64,000 nt of DNA from Monocercomonoides exilis PA203 (Eukaryota > Protista > Preaxostyla). The position numbers were made by a program, and so were the translations under genes. Below the pieces are notes generated by a model. That model was not told the origin of the DNA, ran no database searches, and saw only the letters and a program-made list of their open reading frames with translations. Each line of letters begins with the position of its first letter. Position 1 is the first letter of the stretch. The stretch is from NCBI GenBank assembly GCA_001643675.2, contig LSRY02000008.1, positions 1,488,001-1,552,000 of the forward strand, read 5' to 3'. This document shows, in pieces, positions 13,866 through 26,899 of the stretch.

Positions 13866-15308
13866 ATGTCAACCCAAACCACATGTCTGATGAGCAGCTG
13901 TTCATTTTCATCAGTTAGCGACACATATGATGGCGGGATTGTTCATTCCCTCAACAACCCCTATGCCTCTTTGACTGCCTCAAACACCTCGTTTGTCAGA
14001 TGTTGTCGTACAAGAAATGTTGTTTGCGAAGGAAATGCAGAGGTACCATTGAAGCCAGACAGACAGAACGAAACATTCAATGGAGCAAACACATTCACTT
14101 GGTGCGAATGGAGTGAATCGAAGGCAACAGGAAAAGGTGAGACATATTCCGATGGCACTTCGAACGGTGGCGCAATATTCATGTATGGTCAATCGTCCGC
14201 AACTGTTTCAGTTTCGCATTGTGCATTCAAGGAATGTGTTGCGTATTACGCAGGCGGAGGGATTCATTGCTATAGTATTAATTCTGTTGAGATTGTTAAC
14301 AACACGTTCGATTCATGTAATGCGCAAAATCGATATGGAGGAGGGGTGTTCGTTTATACGATTTCGTCGTGTGTTCGGATCAGTGGATGTGAATTCCAGA
14401 ATTGCAAAGCAAATAATGCTGGAGGAGGACTTTTTCTCGAAAATTTTCAGGTTTCAGGAACAGGATGCATTGAAGCAGAAAATGGAGGAGGGGAGAGTGC
14501 GTGTGTGTTTGACTGCGGTTTCACTTCATGCTCCCTTTCAAGTTCAAGTGGCGGAGGCATGTATTGTCGAACTGTTCCTGTCACATTTAAAATGAGGAGC
14601 ATTCAATTTATTTCATGTTCAGCAGCTGCAAATGGAGGAGGTTTTTGGATTAATCCGAATAGAGAAAATGCGCCAAATGATAGAATCTATTGTTATTTTT
14701 TATTTTTTCACGAATGCAGATGTAGAACAACATCCACACCATATGGTCATGACGTGATGTATTATGATCAAAATAATCTCTTTTTATCACAAAATAATCC
14801 ATTTCATGAATGTTACACAACAAACACAGATGGCCAGAGAGTATGTTATGGATATGATTTATCGAATTCAGGGAGTTGGGCATATCAGTACACGGAAAAG
14901 AAGGATTGGCTGAAAGACAAGACGATCTATGTGTCAGCGAATGGAAATGATGAGCATGAGCTGTGTGGGGCAAATGAATCAAATCCGTGTCTAACGGTGA
15001 AGAAGGCATTTGAAATGAGCGAGGTGCAGATAAGCTTGGCAATCACGCTGCTGGATGGAAATCATCAAAATGAGACAACAACTATTAAGATTGGAGAAAA
15101 GAAAATTTCTGTTGTTGGGACTGGCAAAGAGAAGAGTTTGATTGGAACAGAAAAGCTTTCTTCTTCTTCGGCAAGAGCGCTGTTAAGTGTGATGAGTGGA
15201 TATTTGGGAATGAGTAAGTTGATGGTTGACTGCAACTCAAATTCAAGTACTTCGCCGAGTGTGGCCGTTGTATCTGATGGAGCAGGCGGGACACTTTCTC
15301 GGGAATAA
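13866..15308 (+). CDS. Cassette C: Cys/Gly-rich Pmp/adhesin-like beta-helix ORF (probably partial)
   Basis: 480 aa ORF with repeated GGAIF/GGGIH/GGGVF/GGGLF/GGGMY and FxxC motifs. Confidence 0.7.
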   Translation: MSTQTTCLMSSCSFSSVSDTYDGGIVHSLNNPYASLTASNTSFVRCCRTRNVVCEGNAEVPLKPDRQNETFNGANTFTWCEWSESKATGKGETYSDGTSNGGAIFMYGQSSATVSVSHCAFKECVAYYAGGGIHCYSINSVEIVNNTFDSCNAQNRYGGGVFVYTISSCVRISGCEFQNCKANNAGGGLFLENFQVSGTGCIEAENGGGESACVFDCGFTSCSLSSSSGGGMYCRTVPVTFKMRSIQFISCSAAANGGGFWINPNRENAPNDRIYCYFLFFHECRCRTTSTPYGHDVMYYDQNNLFLSQNNPFHECYTTNTDGQRVCYGYDLSNSGSWAYQYTEKKDWLKDKTIYVSANGNDEHELCGANESNPCLTVKKAFEMSEVQISLAITLLDGNHQNETTTIKIGEKKISVVGTGKEKSLIGTEKLSSSSARALLSVMSGYLGMSKLMVDCNSNSSTSPSVAVVSDGAGGTLSRE

Positions 15309-16479
15309 TGTTTCAGGAAGAGAGTTATTTGTATGCAGAAAACGATAGCCGAAGGATGCAAATAGACATGGCTTGCCATGGCAGTGATATTTTCATCGTG
15401 CCCTGAATCAGTTCTTATGTGTGCATTTTTTCTTTCAAAAATTGTTTGTAAATGAAATGCATCAGTTGATATGTGTTTCTTCTTCTTTTTTTTTTCTTTT
15501 GGAGGGAGGGGAATAAAAAAATAAAATATTAAAAGCAAAAAAAAAAAAAAAAAAAAAAATCTTAGCTTATGGATGAATTATTTATTTTTAAAGAGGAACT
15601 GAAAAAGAAAAAAATAAAAACAGTTGTTGTTTGATCTTTCTCTGAACCATTTAACTCATCAATCCCTTTTTGTCAATGATAATATTTTTATTTTTTGATT
15701 TTTGAAGAGGCTTGGAGATGTTCAAGGAGATTCAAATAAATATTATTATTATTATTTTCTGAATATTGTGTTTGTTTTGTGAAGCATTTTATGAGCATTA
15801 TGTTTTGGAAGTTTGTTTTTGTTTACAGATGTGTGATTACTGTCTGAGAGTTTTTTCAGAGAAAGTTATTTCTGATTTTAAAAATACTTTTGAGGTTGAT
15901 TCGTCACGGGCATTTGTTTGTTTTCTATAGCACGCACACAACACATTCAAACAAATAGAAATCAAAAAATACAGACATTTAATAAAATGCTTGTGTTTTG
16001 TGTTTTTTCTTTCCATGTTTTTTTTTCTGCAAAAATCTTTCATTCTTCAATAAATAGTGTTTTTTTCTGTGCGACTTTGTTTTATAGAAGAATTAAAAAT
16101 TTTTGGAGGAAAACAAGGAATTGCAATTATTTTTCATTTTTCAGATGAAAGAGAAGAAAAGAGAAGATGAAAGTGGTTTGTTTCTTTTTTTTCCCCAACA
16201 ATGAAATGTTTGTTCGAGAGAAATGTGAAAATAAGAAAAAAAACATGATCAATGACATTGATCCGATTGAATTCATGAGTTTATTCAATGGAGTATGAAT
16301 CACTCAGATTTATTCTTTTCTGTTGAATCCCGATAATATGACAAAACAATGAAAATACTGATTTCAAAAAGAATCACCCATCCATTTCCTTGAGAAAACA
16401 GGAAAAAATATTGATTTGGAACTCTTCCTTTGATAAGTTGTGATTCACCAAAATTATTCTTGAACAACCTTTTTGAAAT

Positions 16480-16796
16480 TGATTGAATGAGAATATGATT
16501 TCAAAAATCAACCATTTGTTCCATTTTGTTTCCAAAAAGTCTATGATTCCGTTTTCATTTTCCAAAGTAATTTAGGAACATTTCCAATTAAAAATGAATT
16601 AAAATAACAATCTTTTTTTTTTTGATAAGAAATATTATTTGCAGAAACATTCGTGATTATTTATTTGAATTTAATTGGCTTTTTTGACAATTTTTTATTG
16701 ATATGTTTCTTTGGTAATTGAAAACGGAATTATTGACAAATTGGAAACAAATTGGAACAAATGGTTGATTTTTGTAATCATGTTCTCATTCAATCT
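16480..16796. other. Imperfect hairpin centre of P1
   Basis: 16480-16567 pairs with 16709-16796 with 11 mismatches in 88 bp; inner stem ccaattaaa (16584-16592)/tttaattgg (16670-16678). Confidence 0.85.
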
Positions 16797-17968
16797 ATTT
16801 CAAAAAGGTTGTTCAAGAATAATTTTGGTGAATCACAACTTATCAAAGGAAGAGTTCCAAATCAATATTTTTTCCTGTTTTCTCAAGGAAATGGATGGGT
16901 GATTCTTTTTGAAATCAGTATTTTCATTGTTTTGTCATATTATCGGGATTCAACAGAAAAGAATAAATCTGAGTGATTCATACTCCATTGAATAAACTCA
17001 TGAATTCAATCGGATCAATGTCATTGATCATGTTTTTTTTCTTATTTTCACATTTCTCTCGAACAAACATTTCATTGTTGGGGAAAAAAAAGAAACAAAC
17101 CACTTTCATCTTCTCTTTTCTTCTCTTTCATCTGAAAAATGAAAAATAATTGCAATTCCTTGTTTTCCTCCAAAAATTTTTAATTCTTCTATAAAACAAA
17201 GTCGCACAGAAAAAAACACTATTTATTGAAGAATGAAAGATTTTTGCAGAAAAAAAAACATGGAAAGAAAAAACACAAAACACAAGCATTTTATTAAATG
17301 TCTGTATTTTTTGATTTCTATTTGTTTGAATGTGTTGTGTGCGTGCTATAGAAAACAAACAAATGCCCGTGACGAATCAACCTCAAAAGTATTTTTAAAA
17401 TCAGAAATAACTTTCTCTGAAAAAACTCTCAGACAGTAATCACACATCTGTAAACAAAAACAAACTTCCAAAACATAATGCTCATAAAATGCTTCACAAA
17501 ACAAACACAATATTCAGAAAATAATAATAATAATATTTATTTGAATCTCCTTGAACATCTCCAAGCCTCTTCAAAAATCAAAAAATAAAAATATTATCAT
17601 TGACAAAAAGGGATTGATGAGTTAAATGGTTCAGAGAAAGATCAAACAACAACTGTTTTTATTTTTTTCTTTTTCAGTTCCTCTTTAAAAATAAATAATT
17701 CATCCATAAGCTAAGATTTTTTTTTTTTTTTTTTTTTTTGCTTTTAATATTTTATTTTTTTTATTCCCCTCCCTCCAAAAGAAAAAAAAAAGAAGAAGAA
17801 ACACATATCAACTGATGCATTTCATTTACAAACAATTTTTGAAAGAAAAAATGCACACATAAGAACTGATTCAGGGCACGATGAAAATATCACTGCCATG
17901 GCAAGCCATGTCTATTTGCATCCTTCGGCTATCGTTTTCTGCATACAAATAACTCTCTTCCTGAAACA

Positions 17969-19410
17969 TTATTCCCGAGAAAGTGTCCCGCCTGCTCCAT
18001 CAGATACAACGGCCACACTCGGCGAAGTACTTGAATTTGAGTTGCAGTCAACCATCAACTTACTCATTCCCAAATATCCACTCATCACACTTAACAGCGC
18101 TCTTGCCGAAGAAGAAGAAAGCTTTTCTGTTCCAATCAAACTCTTCTCTTTGCCAGTCCCAACAACAGAAATTTTCTTTTCTCCAATCTTAATAGTTGTT
18201 GTCTCATTTTGATGATTTCCATCCAGCAGCGTGATTGCCAAGCTTATCTGCACCTCGCTCATTTCAAATGCCTTCTTCACCGTTAGACACGGATTTGATT
18301 CATTTGCCCCACACAGCTCATGCTCATCATTTCCATTCGCTGACACATAGATCGTCTTGTCTTTCAGCCAATCCTTCTTTTCCGTGTACTGATATGCCCA
18401 ACTCCCTGAATTCGATAAATCATATCCATAACATACTCTCTGGCCATCTGTGTTTGTTGTGTAACATTCATGAAATGGATTATTTTGTGATAAAAGAGAT
18501 TATTTTGATCATAATACATCACGTCATGACCATATGGTGTGGATGTTGTTCTACATCTGCATTCGTGAAAAAATAAAAAATAACAATAGATTCTATCATT
18601 TGGCGCATTTTCTCTATTCGGATTAATCCAAAAACCTCCTCCATTTGCAGCTGCTGAACATGAAATAAATTGAATGCTCCTCATTTTAAATGTGACAGGA
18701 ACAGTTCGACAATACATGCCTCCGCCACTTGAACTTGAAAGGGAGCATGAAGTGAAACCGCAGTCAAACACACACGCACTCTCCCCTCCTCCATTTTCTG
18801 CTTCAATGCATCCTGTTCCTGAAACCTGAAAATTTTCGAGAAAAAGTCCTCCTCCAGCATTATTTGCTTTGCAATTCTGGAATTCACATCCACTGATCCG
18901 AACACACGACGAAATCGTATAAACGAACACCCCTCCTCCATATCGATTTTGCGCATTACATGAATCGAACGTGTTGTTAACAATCTCAACAGAATTAATA
19001 CTATAGCAATGAATCCCTCCGCCTGCGTAATACGCAACACATTCCTTGAATGCACAATGCGAAACTGAAACAGTTGCGGACGATTGACCATACATGAATA
19101 TTGCGCCACCGTTCGAAGTGCCATCGGAATATGTCTCACCTTTTCCTGTTGCCTTCGATTCACTCCATTCGCACCAAGTGAATGTGTTTGCTCCATTGAA
19201 TGTTTCGTTCTGTCTGTCTGGCTTCAATGGTACCTCTGCATTTCCTTCGCAAACAACATTTCTTGTACGACAACATCTGACAAACGAGGTGTTTGAGGCA
19301 GTCAAAGAGGCATAGGGGTTGTTGAGGGAATGAACAATCCCGCCATCATATGTGTCGCTAACTGATGAAAATGAACAGCTGCTCATCAGACATGTGGTTT
19401 GGGTTGACAT
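17969..19410 (-). pseudogene. Cassette C' (mirror of C), frameshifted near 18495
   Basis: ORFs 18364-19410 plus 17969-18346; T4 versus T5 homopolymer relative to C (possible error). Confidence 0.7.
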
Positions 19411-20116
19411 TGTTGTTGAAGGAGAGCATGCCTCATTTGCTGTTGATATGTTGAAAAATATTAGTTTGAAGAGGGATATAAGGGATATAGATGGTGAAAA
19501 GAAAAATGGGGAAAAGATGAGAAACGCGATTCACTCACTGAAATTCTTCCTTCTCTTTTAATTTTTTTATCATACACCTGTTTTGCATCTCCGCGCCATG
19601 TAGCAGAATATTTCCAAAAGACAGATCCTTTTACTATCTCTTCTGCTGCTTCTGAAAACCATGTTGTTAAAAATGGAAAAGCATCTTTTCCCCTCGGTTC
19701 CACTGATCAGAGACAGTTTTCCAACATTCATCCTCATCTATTTCTTTGATAATCTCTTTTTCTCCCATTTCCATTTTCTGCCTTCTTTCCATGTTCCATT
19801 CGCATTCATTGCTATCAAAGACTTCTGAAAAGATTCTAACATCAGAAAAATAGAAAAGAATAAATGAAAAGAACATTATTGAAATATCAAAAACAAAATA
19901 ACTTAACCAAATCAAAAAAAATACAAAAAAATACAATATAACAAATAATTAGAATCCTTTTTATAATTAACAATCTTCACACACTTCTTCTTCTTGCGCC
20001 TCTCAAAATGTCGTTCATTTATGCCTGCAAAATCCATCTGCTCTGTCTCAGCTGCCAATGTCACAGACAATAGCATTGCTTCTCTTCTGCTCCAAAATTG
20101 TTGCTTAATTCCAATC

Positions 20117-21625
20117 TCAGCTTCGCTTGCACTCGAACAACTCATACAACCAAAATCTTAAAGACTGACGAGTATGATGAAGAAAGCGAAGAAGAGGAAG
20201 AGGATGAAAATTGTTGAATAAGATAAAAACAGCTTCTGTTTCAATCGAACTCTCCGTCCTCCCTTTCCCAATGACTAAAATCTTCTTTTCCCCAATCTCA
20301 ATAGTTGTTGCCTCGCTTGTGTGATCCCCTTCCATCAGCGTGATTGTCAAGCTTATCTGCACCTCGCACATCTCAAACGCCTTCTTCACTGTCAGACACG
20401 GATTTGTTTCATTTGCCCCACACAGCTCATATGAATCATTCCCATTCATTGAAACATATAACGTTTTATCTTTCAGCCAATCCTTTTTCATTGATTGATC
20501 ATATGTCCAGGCGCCAGCATTCGAGTAATTATACGCATAACACACTCTCTGTTCATTCGTGTTTGTTGTGTAGCATTCATAGAACGGATTGTCTGAATTC
20601 AAAAAGACATTATAATAATCAACATAATAGGCATCGTGACCATATGGAACATTGGCCAGGCATTTGCATCCGTGGAAGAACAGGAAATAACAATAGATTC
20701 TATCATTTGGCGTTGTTGCTCGATTTGGATACAGCTCCAACCCTCCTCCATTTGCAGTTGCTGAACATGAAACAAACTGAATGCTCCTCATTTTGAATTG
20801 CGTGGTAGGAACAGTTTTACAATACATGCCTCCACCATAATAATTTGTAACTGAACATGAAGTGAAACTGCAGTCAAACACACACGCACTCTCCACTTCT
20901 CCACTTTCTGTTCCAATGCATCCTTCTGATACATTAAAATATTCTAATTTCAATCCTCCTCCATATCCAATCGCTTGACAGTTTTTGAACTCGCATCCAC
21001 TCACCCGAGCACAAGTAGAAATGTCATATAAATACACACCTCCCCCATATCGATTTGAGGAGGCACAGCAATTGAAAGAGCTACTTTCAATGGTCGCTGC
21101 TTTGATAGTATAGCACATGACTGCTCCCCCATGGTAGTGTGCAGTGCAGTCATTGAATGAACAATATGAAACAGAAAGTTCTCCAGAATTGAGATTGTAC
21201 ATACAGATGGCTCCTCCACTTGACACTCCATCTGAAACAGAATCGCTTGTTCCGGTTGCCTTCGATCCATTCCATTCACACCAAGTGAACGTATTCGGTC
21301 CATTATCTGTTACATTATGTCTTCTTGGTTGTTTCTTATTATTTGAAGTTCCATTGCATTCAATATTCCTTTTCCTGCAACATCCAGTGAATGAGGTGTT
21401 TGAGACAGTCAGAGAAACCAAGGGGTTGTTCAGAGAGGGAACAATCCCTCCATCATATGCATCACAAATAGAAGAAAATGAGCAACTACTCATCAGATAA
21501 AAGGCTTGGGAGAATGTGGTTGAAGGCAAACATGCATCATTTGCTGTTGAAATATTGAAAAATGTGAGTTGTGAGAAGGAAACAAGGAGCATTGAGGAAG
21601 TTGAAAGGAATAGGGCTTGATTCAC
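20117..21625 (-). CDS. Cassette B' (mirror of B), open core
   Basis: 502 aa ORF with a non-ATG start. Family similarity ends at ...RTESSIETE. Confidence 0.7.
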   Translation of the reverse strand: MNQALFLSTSSMLLVSFSQLTFFNISTANDACLPSTTFSQAFYLMSSCSFSSICDAYDGGIVPSLNNPLVSLTVSNTSFTGCCRKRNIECNGTSNNKKQPRRHNVTDNGPNTFTWCEWNGSKATGTSDSVSDGVSSGGAICMYNLNSGELSVSYCSFNDCTAHYHGGAVMCYTIKAATIESSSFNCCASSNRYGGGVYLYDISTCARVSGCEFKNCQAIGYGGGLKLEYFNVSEGCIGTESGEVESACVFDCSFTSCSVTNYYGGGMYCKTVPTTQFKMRSIQFVSCSATANGGGLELYPNRATTPNDRIYCYFLFFHGCKCLANVPYGHDAYYVDYYNVFLNSDNPFYECYTTNTNEQRVCYAYNYSNAGAWTYDQSMKKDWLKDKTLYVSMNGNDSYELCGANETNPCLTVKKAFEMCEVQISLTITLMEGDHTSEATTIEIGEKKILVIGKGRTESSIETEAVFILFNNFHPLPLLRFLHHTRQSLRFWLYELFECKRS

Positions 21626-24600
21626 TCACCGAAACATTTCCTTTCCCTCTCTCATTTTCCATAAGCCTACCATGCCTCTCAACGAGATATTCATCAAGAT
21701 CCAAATGAGCTTGAGTTCCCTTTTCCTGCCTCTTCTCCTGCTTCTAAAATGCATATTTCCAAAAGAAAAGCTTCTTTTTTCTTCAATGCCTCCAAATTGA
21801 AACAAGAACATAGTCTTCCTCGTCATTTGCTTTCCCTAAAATCTCTTTTTCTTCTATTGCCGCCTTCTGCCTTTTTTCCACGTTCCATTCGCTTTCATCT
21901 CTTATAAATGCGATCGCAAAAATCAAAATTCTTAAAAATAATTAAAAAATTAAGAAAAATAATAAAAATTTAAAATAAGAAATTAAAGGATATAGAAAAA
22001 TTTAAAAGAAAAAATAAAAAAATTAAAAAAAAAAATAAATTAAAATAAATCATGTTATGAGCTTTTTGATAATGAATTTTCTTCACACATTTTTTCTAAA
22101 TCATCGGCTCTTCTTCATATCCTCTTCCTCTCTAAATATTTCTCTGTACTGCCTACAAAACTCATCTGCTTCGTCTTCGCTGCCTAAATTACTGCTAATA
22201 ACTTCGCTTCCCTTTTTCTTCCTAAAAATATAGCCAAAGTCCAGTCCTCAGCTTCGCTTTTGCTCAAATAACTCCACCAACTTCATTCCAAAAAAGAGAA
22301 GAAGAAGAGGAGGAAGAGACGAAAAGAGAGAAAAAGGCAAAAATGATAGTGACCAAGAAGTCGAAGAAGAGGGAGATGACGCGACAACGAAGATAAAATA
22401 TGTGTGTATGCAATAAAATTTGCTGATGTGATGCAAATGAAAACAATGACGGCGAAGAAGAAGATGATGAAAAAGAAGACGAAGATCTTATAGAAATCTT
22501 AAATGTCGGATATCTTCTATCAGAAGATATTCTCAGCATCGCAACCTCGTTCTCTTCTTCAGTTGCAAATCCTTCGATGGCACAACGCAAAAGGCGATAG
22601 CAAAATGACTTAAATCCATTTTGCCTGTAATCCACTCCAAGCTGCCTGTATCACGCCAAACTGCCTGATTTTCTCGTATATTTGGTTCAAAAGCCAAGTA
22701 ATCAAATCCAGTTCCATCGCTCCCCCAGGTCCATAAAAGCAATGTCTTGCCCTTCTTATCCCAAGAAAGGCACCTTGCTCTGTCCCAACTGACTCCAATG
22801 TCCTGTTTCAGTGATTTGTCCCAATCACCCCAACAATGCTTTTTCTGAAAATGTCCTCTCAATATTTTTAAAAATAGTTCCCTTTTCATAGTCATTGATC
22901 ATCCTTCCTTTTTGCCTTGGATATCTTCCAACCCCGTTGATTTCTGCTCCATTAAATTTCATTTTTCGTCGTATTTCTATCCATCGCGCATGTTTAGTCC
23001 AAAATGAGTAACATAAACATTTATGATAAAATATATTCAGGATCTAATATATTTGTAAGATAACATTTGTCTCGCTTCCTCGCTGTTCTGCTCTGCATGG
23101 AATAAATTGTTCATTTTAAATATAAATTGACTGAATCACAACTTTGGAGAGGATACAGATAATAATATCTTCACAATCAACAGAAAAATATAAAATACAT
23201 ACATTGAAAATTCTTCATTTCCATCGAAAATATTGTCGCTCCACAGCCATCCATCAATCAATATGAACAATTTCATCTTCCATCAAGCAAACATTCTTTT
23301 GTGATACTCAACCCTTTCACTGGAAATATTTCGTTTAGTCAACCTGTCTTTGTTTTCACTTCGGAGTCTCACTCCGTTGACAGTTTCTGAGCATTTGGCA
23401 TTTCTTGATCATGTTCCATAACGAATAAGAGCCACAAAAGAAAAGAAAGTCCTACTCGATGTGCCGTGGCTGAATGGGCATATGAAGACAATGCGATAAC
23501 AATAGGATGGATTTATGGTGTGGGGTGAAGGAGTTGAGTTCTTGGAGGAGGCAGGGTTTAGAGAGGGAATGGAACGATTAAAGGATGTTTTTTGTGGAAA
23601 AGAGGTGTTTTTGTGAAGTTTAAGAGGCATAATGGATGTGTGGGAGATGGATAAGGATGAGGTTGGGAGGGGTTATTTTTGAGAATTTTGCTATTGGGAA
23701 GGAGTTGAGGCAGTGTTTATTATTTGAGAAATGGAATTTGATGTGGAGGAGGTGGGATAAGAGGGGAAAACAAGAAGGGCAGAAGATGGGTGGAGTGAAT
23801 AGAATATATTTATTGGAGGAGAGGATTTGAGATAGAGAGATGTGTGGAGGAGATGTTTTTTTATTTTCAAATGCAGGGAGAGAGAGGGGGTTCATATGAG
23901 GCGGAGCAAAGAGAAGAGATTTTGTGGATGAACAAGTAGAGGGGGAAATGGGGTTGAAGAAAAAAAAGTGAGAGATATTTATTTAATATTTTAAATTTTT
24001 TATTGAATGGATAGTTTGGTCGCGCCTTTCATTTGCAGGGCAAGGGATGGAGGCGGAGGCGGAGGAAGACGGGAAGAAGGAACATCAGGCGCAACACTTT
24101 GCATTGGGGGTATGGAGACAGAGGTGCGACAGGGATGGAGCGAGATGAGGGGCTGACCAGGAAATGGTGTCTTGCGCCAGAGACAGAAAAAGGATGGAGA
24201 TATTTAATTTTGATTAGGAGAAGGATGACGGGAGAAGAAGTAACAGGGAGTGAAGGAGAAGGGATTTGGGCGAAGGGGTAGAGACATTTGGTGGAGGGGC
24301 GTTGATATTTTGGAGGAAATGAAGAGAAGAAGAAGAAGATTTGGGCAAGGGATGAGAAGGGATTCTTCAGATGGAATACTCATGTCTTTTCATTATTTTA
24401 CAAAATAGAGTTTGTGGAGGTTATTTGAGTGGAAGCAGAACAGAGGATTGAGCTTTTGTTAATATTTTAAAAAGAAGAAGAAGAAAGAAAGAAAAAAGTC
24501 AGCGAAAGGCGGTCATTGCGAAAGATGTAGGTTTGCATTTTTTTATTAATATTTTTTATCAAATGTTTTTATTTTTTATTATGAAATTAGGATTTTTTGC

Positions 24601-24889
24601 AAGAATGTTCAACAACGATGAATGAACAAGGAATATGGTTTGAGGGGATATTGGATGCATTAAAAGAAATCAGGACATAATAATTGGAGGGGAGTAATGA
24701 GAAATGAGCCGGATGAAATATAAATGAAAGGAAAAGAGAAGAAGATATTTTTATTTGAAGGTTTTGGAAGGCATTTACGATGAATCTTGTTTAAATCAAA
24801 AAGGAATGGCGGAAAATTGATGATACAGCAAAAGAAGAAATTTGGCAAAAAGTCGAGAAGAAGAAGTGGAAGATGGTGAAAAGAAAATG

Positions 24890-24997
24890 GTACGGGGCTT
24901 TTCATATTTTTATTATTGAAATTTTTTTGCAATTTTGTATTTTTGTATTTTTTTAAGATTTTGTTTTATTAAATATATATATTTTTAATGATAGCAG
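24890..24997 (+). other. Putative spliceosomal intron in the leader of A'
   Basis: GTAC start, T-rich body, ending ATAG/CAG, between purine-rich exon-like blocks. Equivalent segments lie upstream of D and E. Confidence 0.5.
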
Positions 24998-25291
24998 GGG
25001 TTTTTGCGTGAATATTCAAAAGCGATGGAAGTGAATGGAATATGGAAAGAAGGCAGAATTTGATCCCAGAAGAAAAGGGGATTTTAAGGAAAGTTAATGA
25101 CGAAGAACATTTGAATTCCGTTTCCATTTAGCGGAACAAAGGGGAAAAGATACTTTTCTTATGGGAGTATGCATTTCAGAAGCGGAAGAAGAAATAGGAA
25201 AATGAAGAGTTTCAGTGAGTGAATCACGTTTCTCCTCTTTTTTGCCAATTTTTTATCACCGCCCTCTACACCCCTTATATCCCTTTCTCAT

Positions 25292-26899
25292 TTGTCATTT
25301 TTCAACATATCAACAGCAAATGATGCATGCTCACCTTCAACAACAACGTCATCCCAAACATCATGTTTTATGAACAGCTGCTCATTCTCATCAGTTTGTG
25401 ATGCATATGATGGAGGTATTGTTCCTTCCCTCAACAACCCCTCATCATCCTTAACTGTTTCAAACGCCTCATTCATTGGATGTTGTCGGACAAGAAATGT
25501 TGTATGTGAAGGAAATGCAGATGGAAAGTTGACTCCAGGGAGGCAAAACGAAACATTCAATGGAGCAAATTCATTCATTTGGTGTGAATGGAATGGATCG
25601 AGGACGACCGGAACAGAAAATAAATGGGAAGACGGAGTGTCAAGTGGTGGTGCAATCTGCATGTACAGTCAATCAAATGCTATAATTTCAATTAAGCACT
25701 GCTCATTCAATGATTGTTATGCTTATTGCGATGGAGGAGGAGTCATGTGTGCATATATCGAATCTGTTGAGATTGTGAACAACACGTTCAACTCATGCAC
25801 TGCGCAAACTTGGGCTGGCGGAGGGATGTGCATTTATGTGATTTCGTCGTGTGTTCAGATCAGCGGATGCGAATTTCAAAATTGCAAAGCAAATAGATAT
25901 GGAGGAGGACTTGATCTTGATAATTTTAATGTTTCAGGATCAGGATGCATTCCAACAGAAAATGGAGAAGGGGGAAGTGCATGCGTGTTTGACTGCTGCT
26001 TCACTTCATGCTCAGTCACAAATTATTATGGTGGAGGTATGTATTGTGCAAATATTCCAATCACGCAATTCAAAATGAGGAGCATTCAGTTCATTTCATG
26101 TTCAGCATCTGCATATGGAGGAGGGTTGGATTTATATCCATACAGACAAGCATCACAAAATGATGTGATTTATTGTTATTTCCTGTTCTTCCACGAATGC
26201 AAATGCTCTGCAGATACTCCATATGGTCACGATGCCTATTATGTTGATTATTATAATGTCTTTTTGAATTCAGACAATCCGTTCTATGAATGCTACACAA
26301 CAAACACGAATGAACAGAGAGTGTGCTATGCATACAATTATGCAATTGCAAAAGATTGGTCATATAACCAAACATCAAAAAAGGTGTGGCTGAACGAATG
26401 GTCGAAGGTTCTGTATGTGGGCGCTAATGGAAGTGACTCGAGTGGGCTGTGTGGGATGGGCGAATCGGCTCCATGCCAGACGGTGGGACATGCAGTGGAG
26501 ACGGGCTTGGAAGAGCTGAGCTCATCAGTCACGCTGATGGAAGGGAATCATGTGAGCGAGACAGCAACTATTGATATTGGATCAAAGAAGATTTCAGTCA
26601 TTGGGAAAGGGAGGACGGAGAGTTCGATTGGAACAGGAGCGCTTTCATCAGCTGGAGCGCTGTTCAGCGTGTCAACAGGTCATCTTGGTTTATTGCACAT
26701 GAAGGTTGACTGCAACTCAAGTGCAAGTCCTTCGCCGAGTGTGGTTGTGGTGTCTGATGGGAGTGGGTCACTCTCGTTGGAGGATGTTGTGATCGCCACG
26801 AGTAAAACAGGAAATTATGTGATGTCGTCGTCAGTGTTTGTGGTGCCGCTGTCACAGCTGTCGATGGTTGATGTGGTGATCAAAGATATGAAATCTTGA
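25292..26899 (+). CDS. Cassette A' (mirror of A), open core
   Basis: 535 aa ORF of the same family, ending VDVVIKDMKS. Confidence 0.7.
   Translation: MSFFNISTANDACSPSTTTSSQTSCFMNSCSFSSVCDAYDGGIVPSLNNPSSSLTVSNASFIGCCRTRNVVCEGNADGKLTPGRQNETFNGANSFIWCEWNGSRTTGTENKWEDGVSSGGAICMYSQSNAIISIKHCSFNDCYAYCDGGGVMCAYIESVEIVNNTFNSCTAQTWAGGGMCIYVISSCVQISGCEFQNCKANRYGGGLDLDNFNVSGSGCIPTENGEGGSACVFDCCFTSCSVTNYYGGGMYCANIPITQFKMRSIQFISCSASAYGGGLDLYPYRQASQNDVIYCYFLFFHECKCSADTPYGHDAYYVDYYNVFLNSDNPFYECYTTNTNEQRVCYAYNYAIAKDWSYNQTSKKVWLNEWSKVLYVGANGSDSSGLCGMGESAPCQTVGHAVETGLEELSSSVTLMEGNHVSETATIDIGSKKISVIGKGRTESSIGTGALSSAGALFSVSTGHLGLLHMKVDCNSSASPSPSVVVVSDGSGSLSLEDVVIATSKTGNYVMSSSVFVVPLSQLSMVDVVIKDMKS

Noticed and set aside
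6394-26899. Idea that each P1 pair has one deliberately inactivated copy
   Set aside because: Two of the three frameshifts are 1-nt homopolymer differences typical of sequencing error; not supportable without reads.
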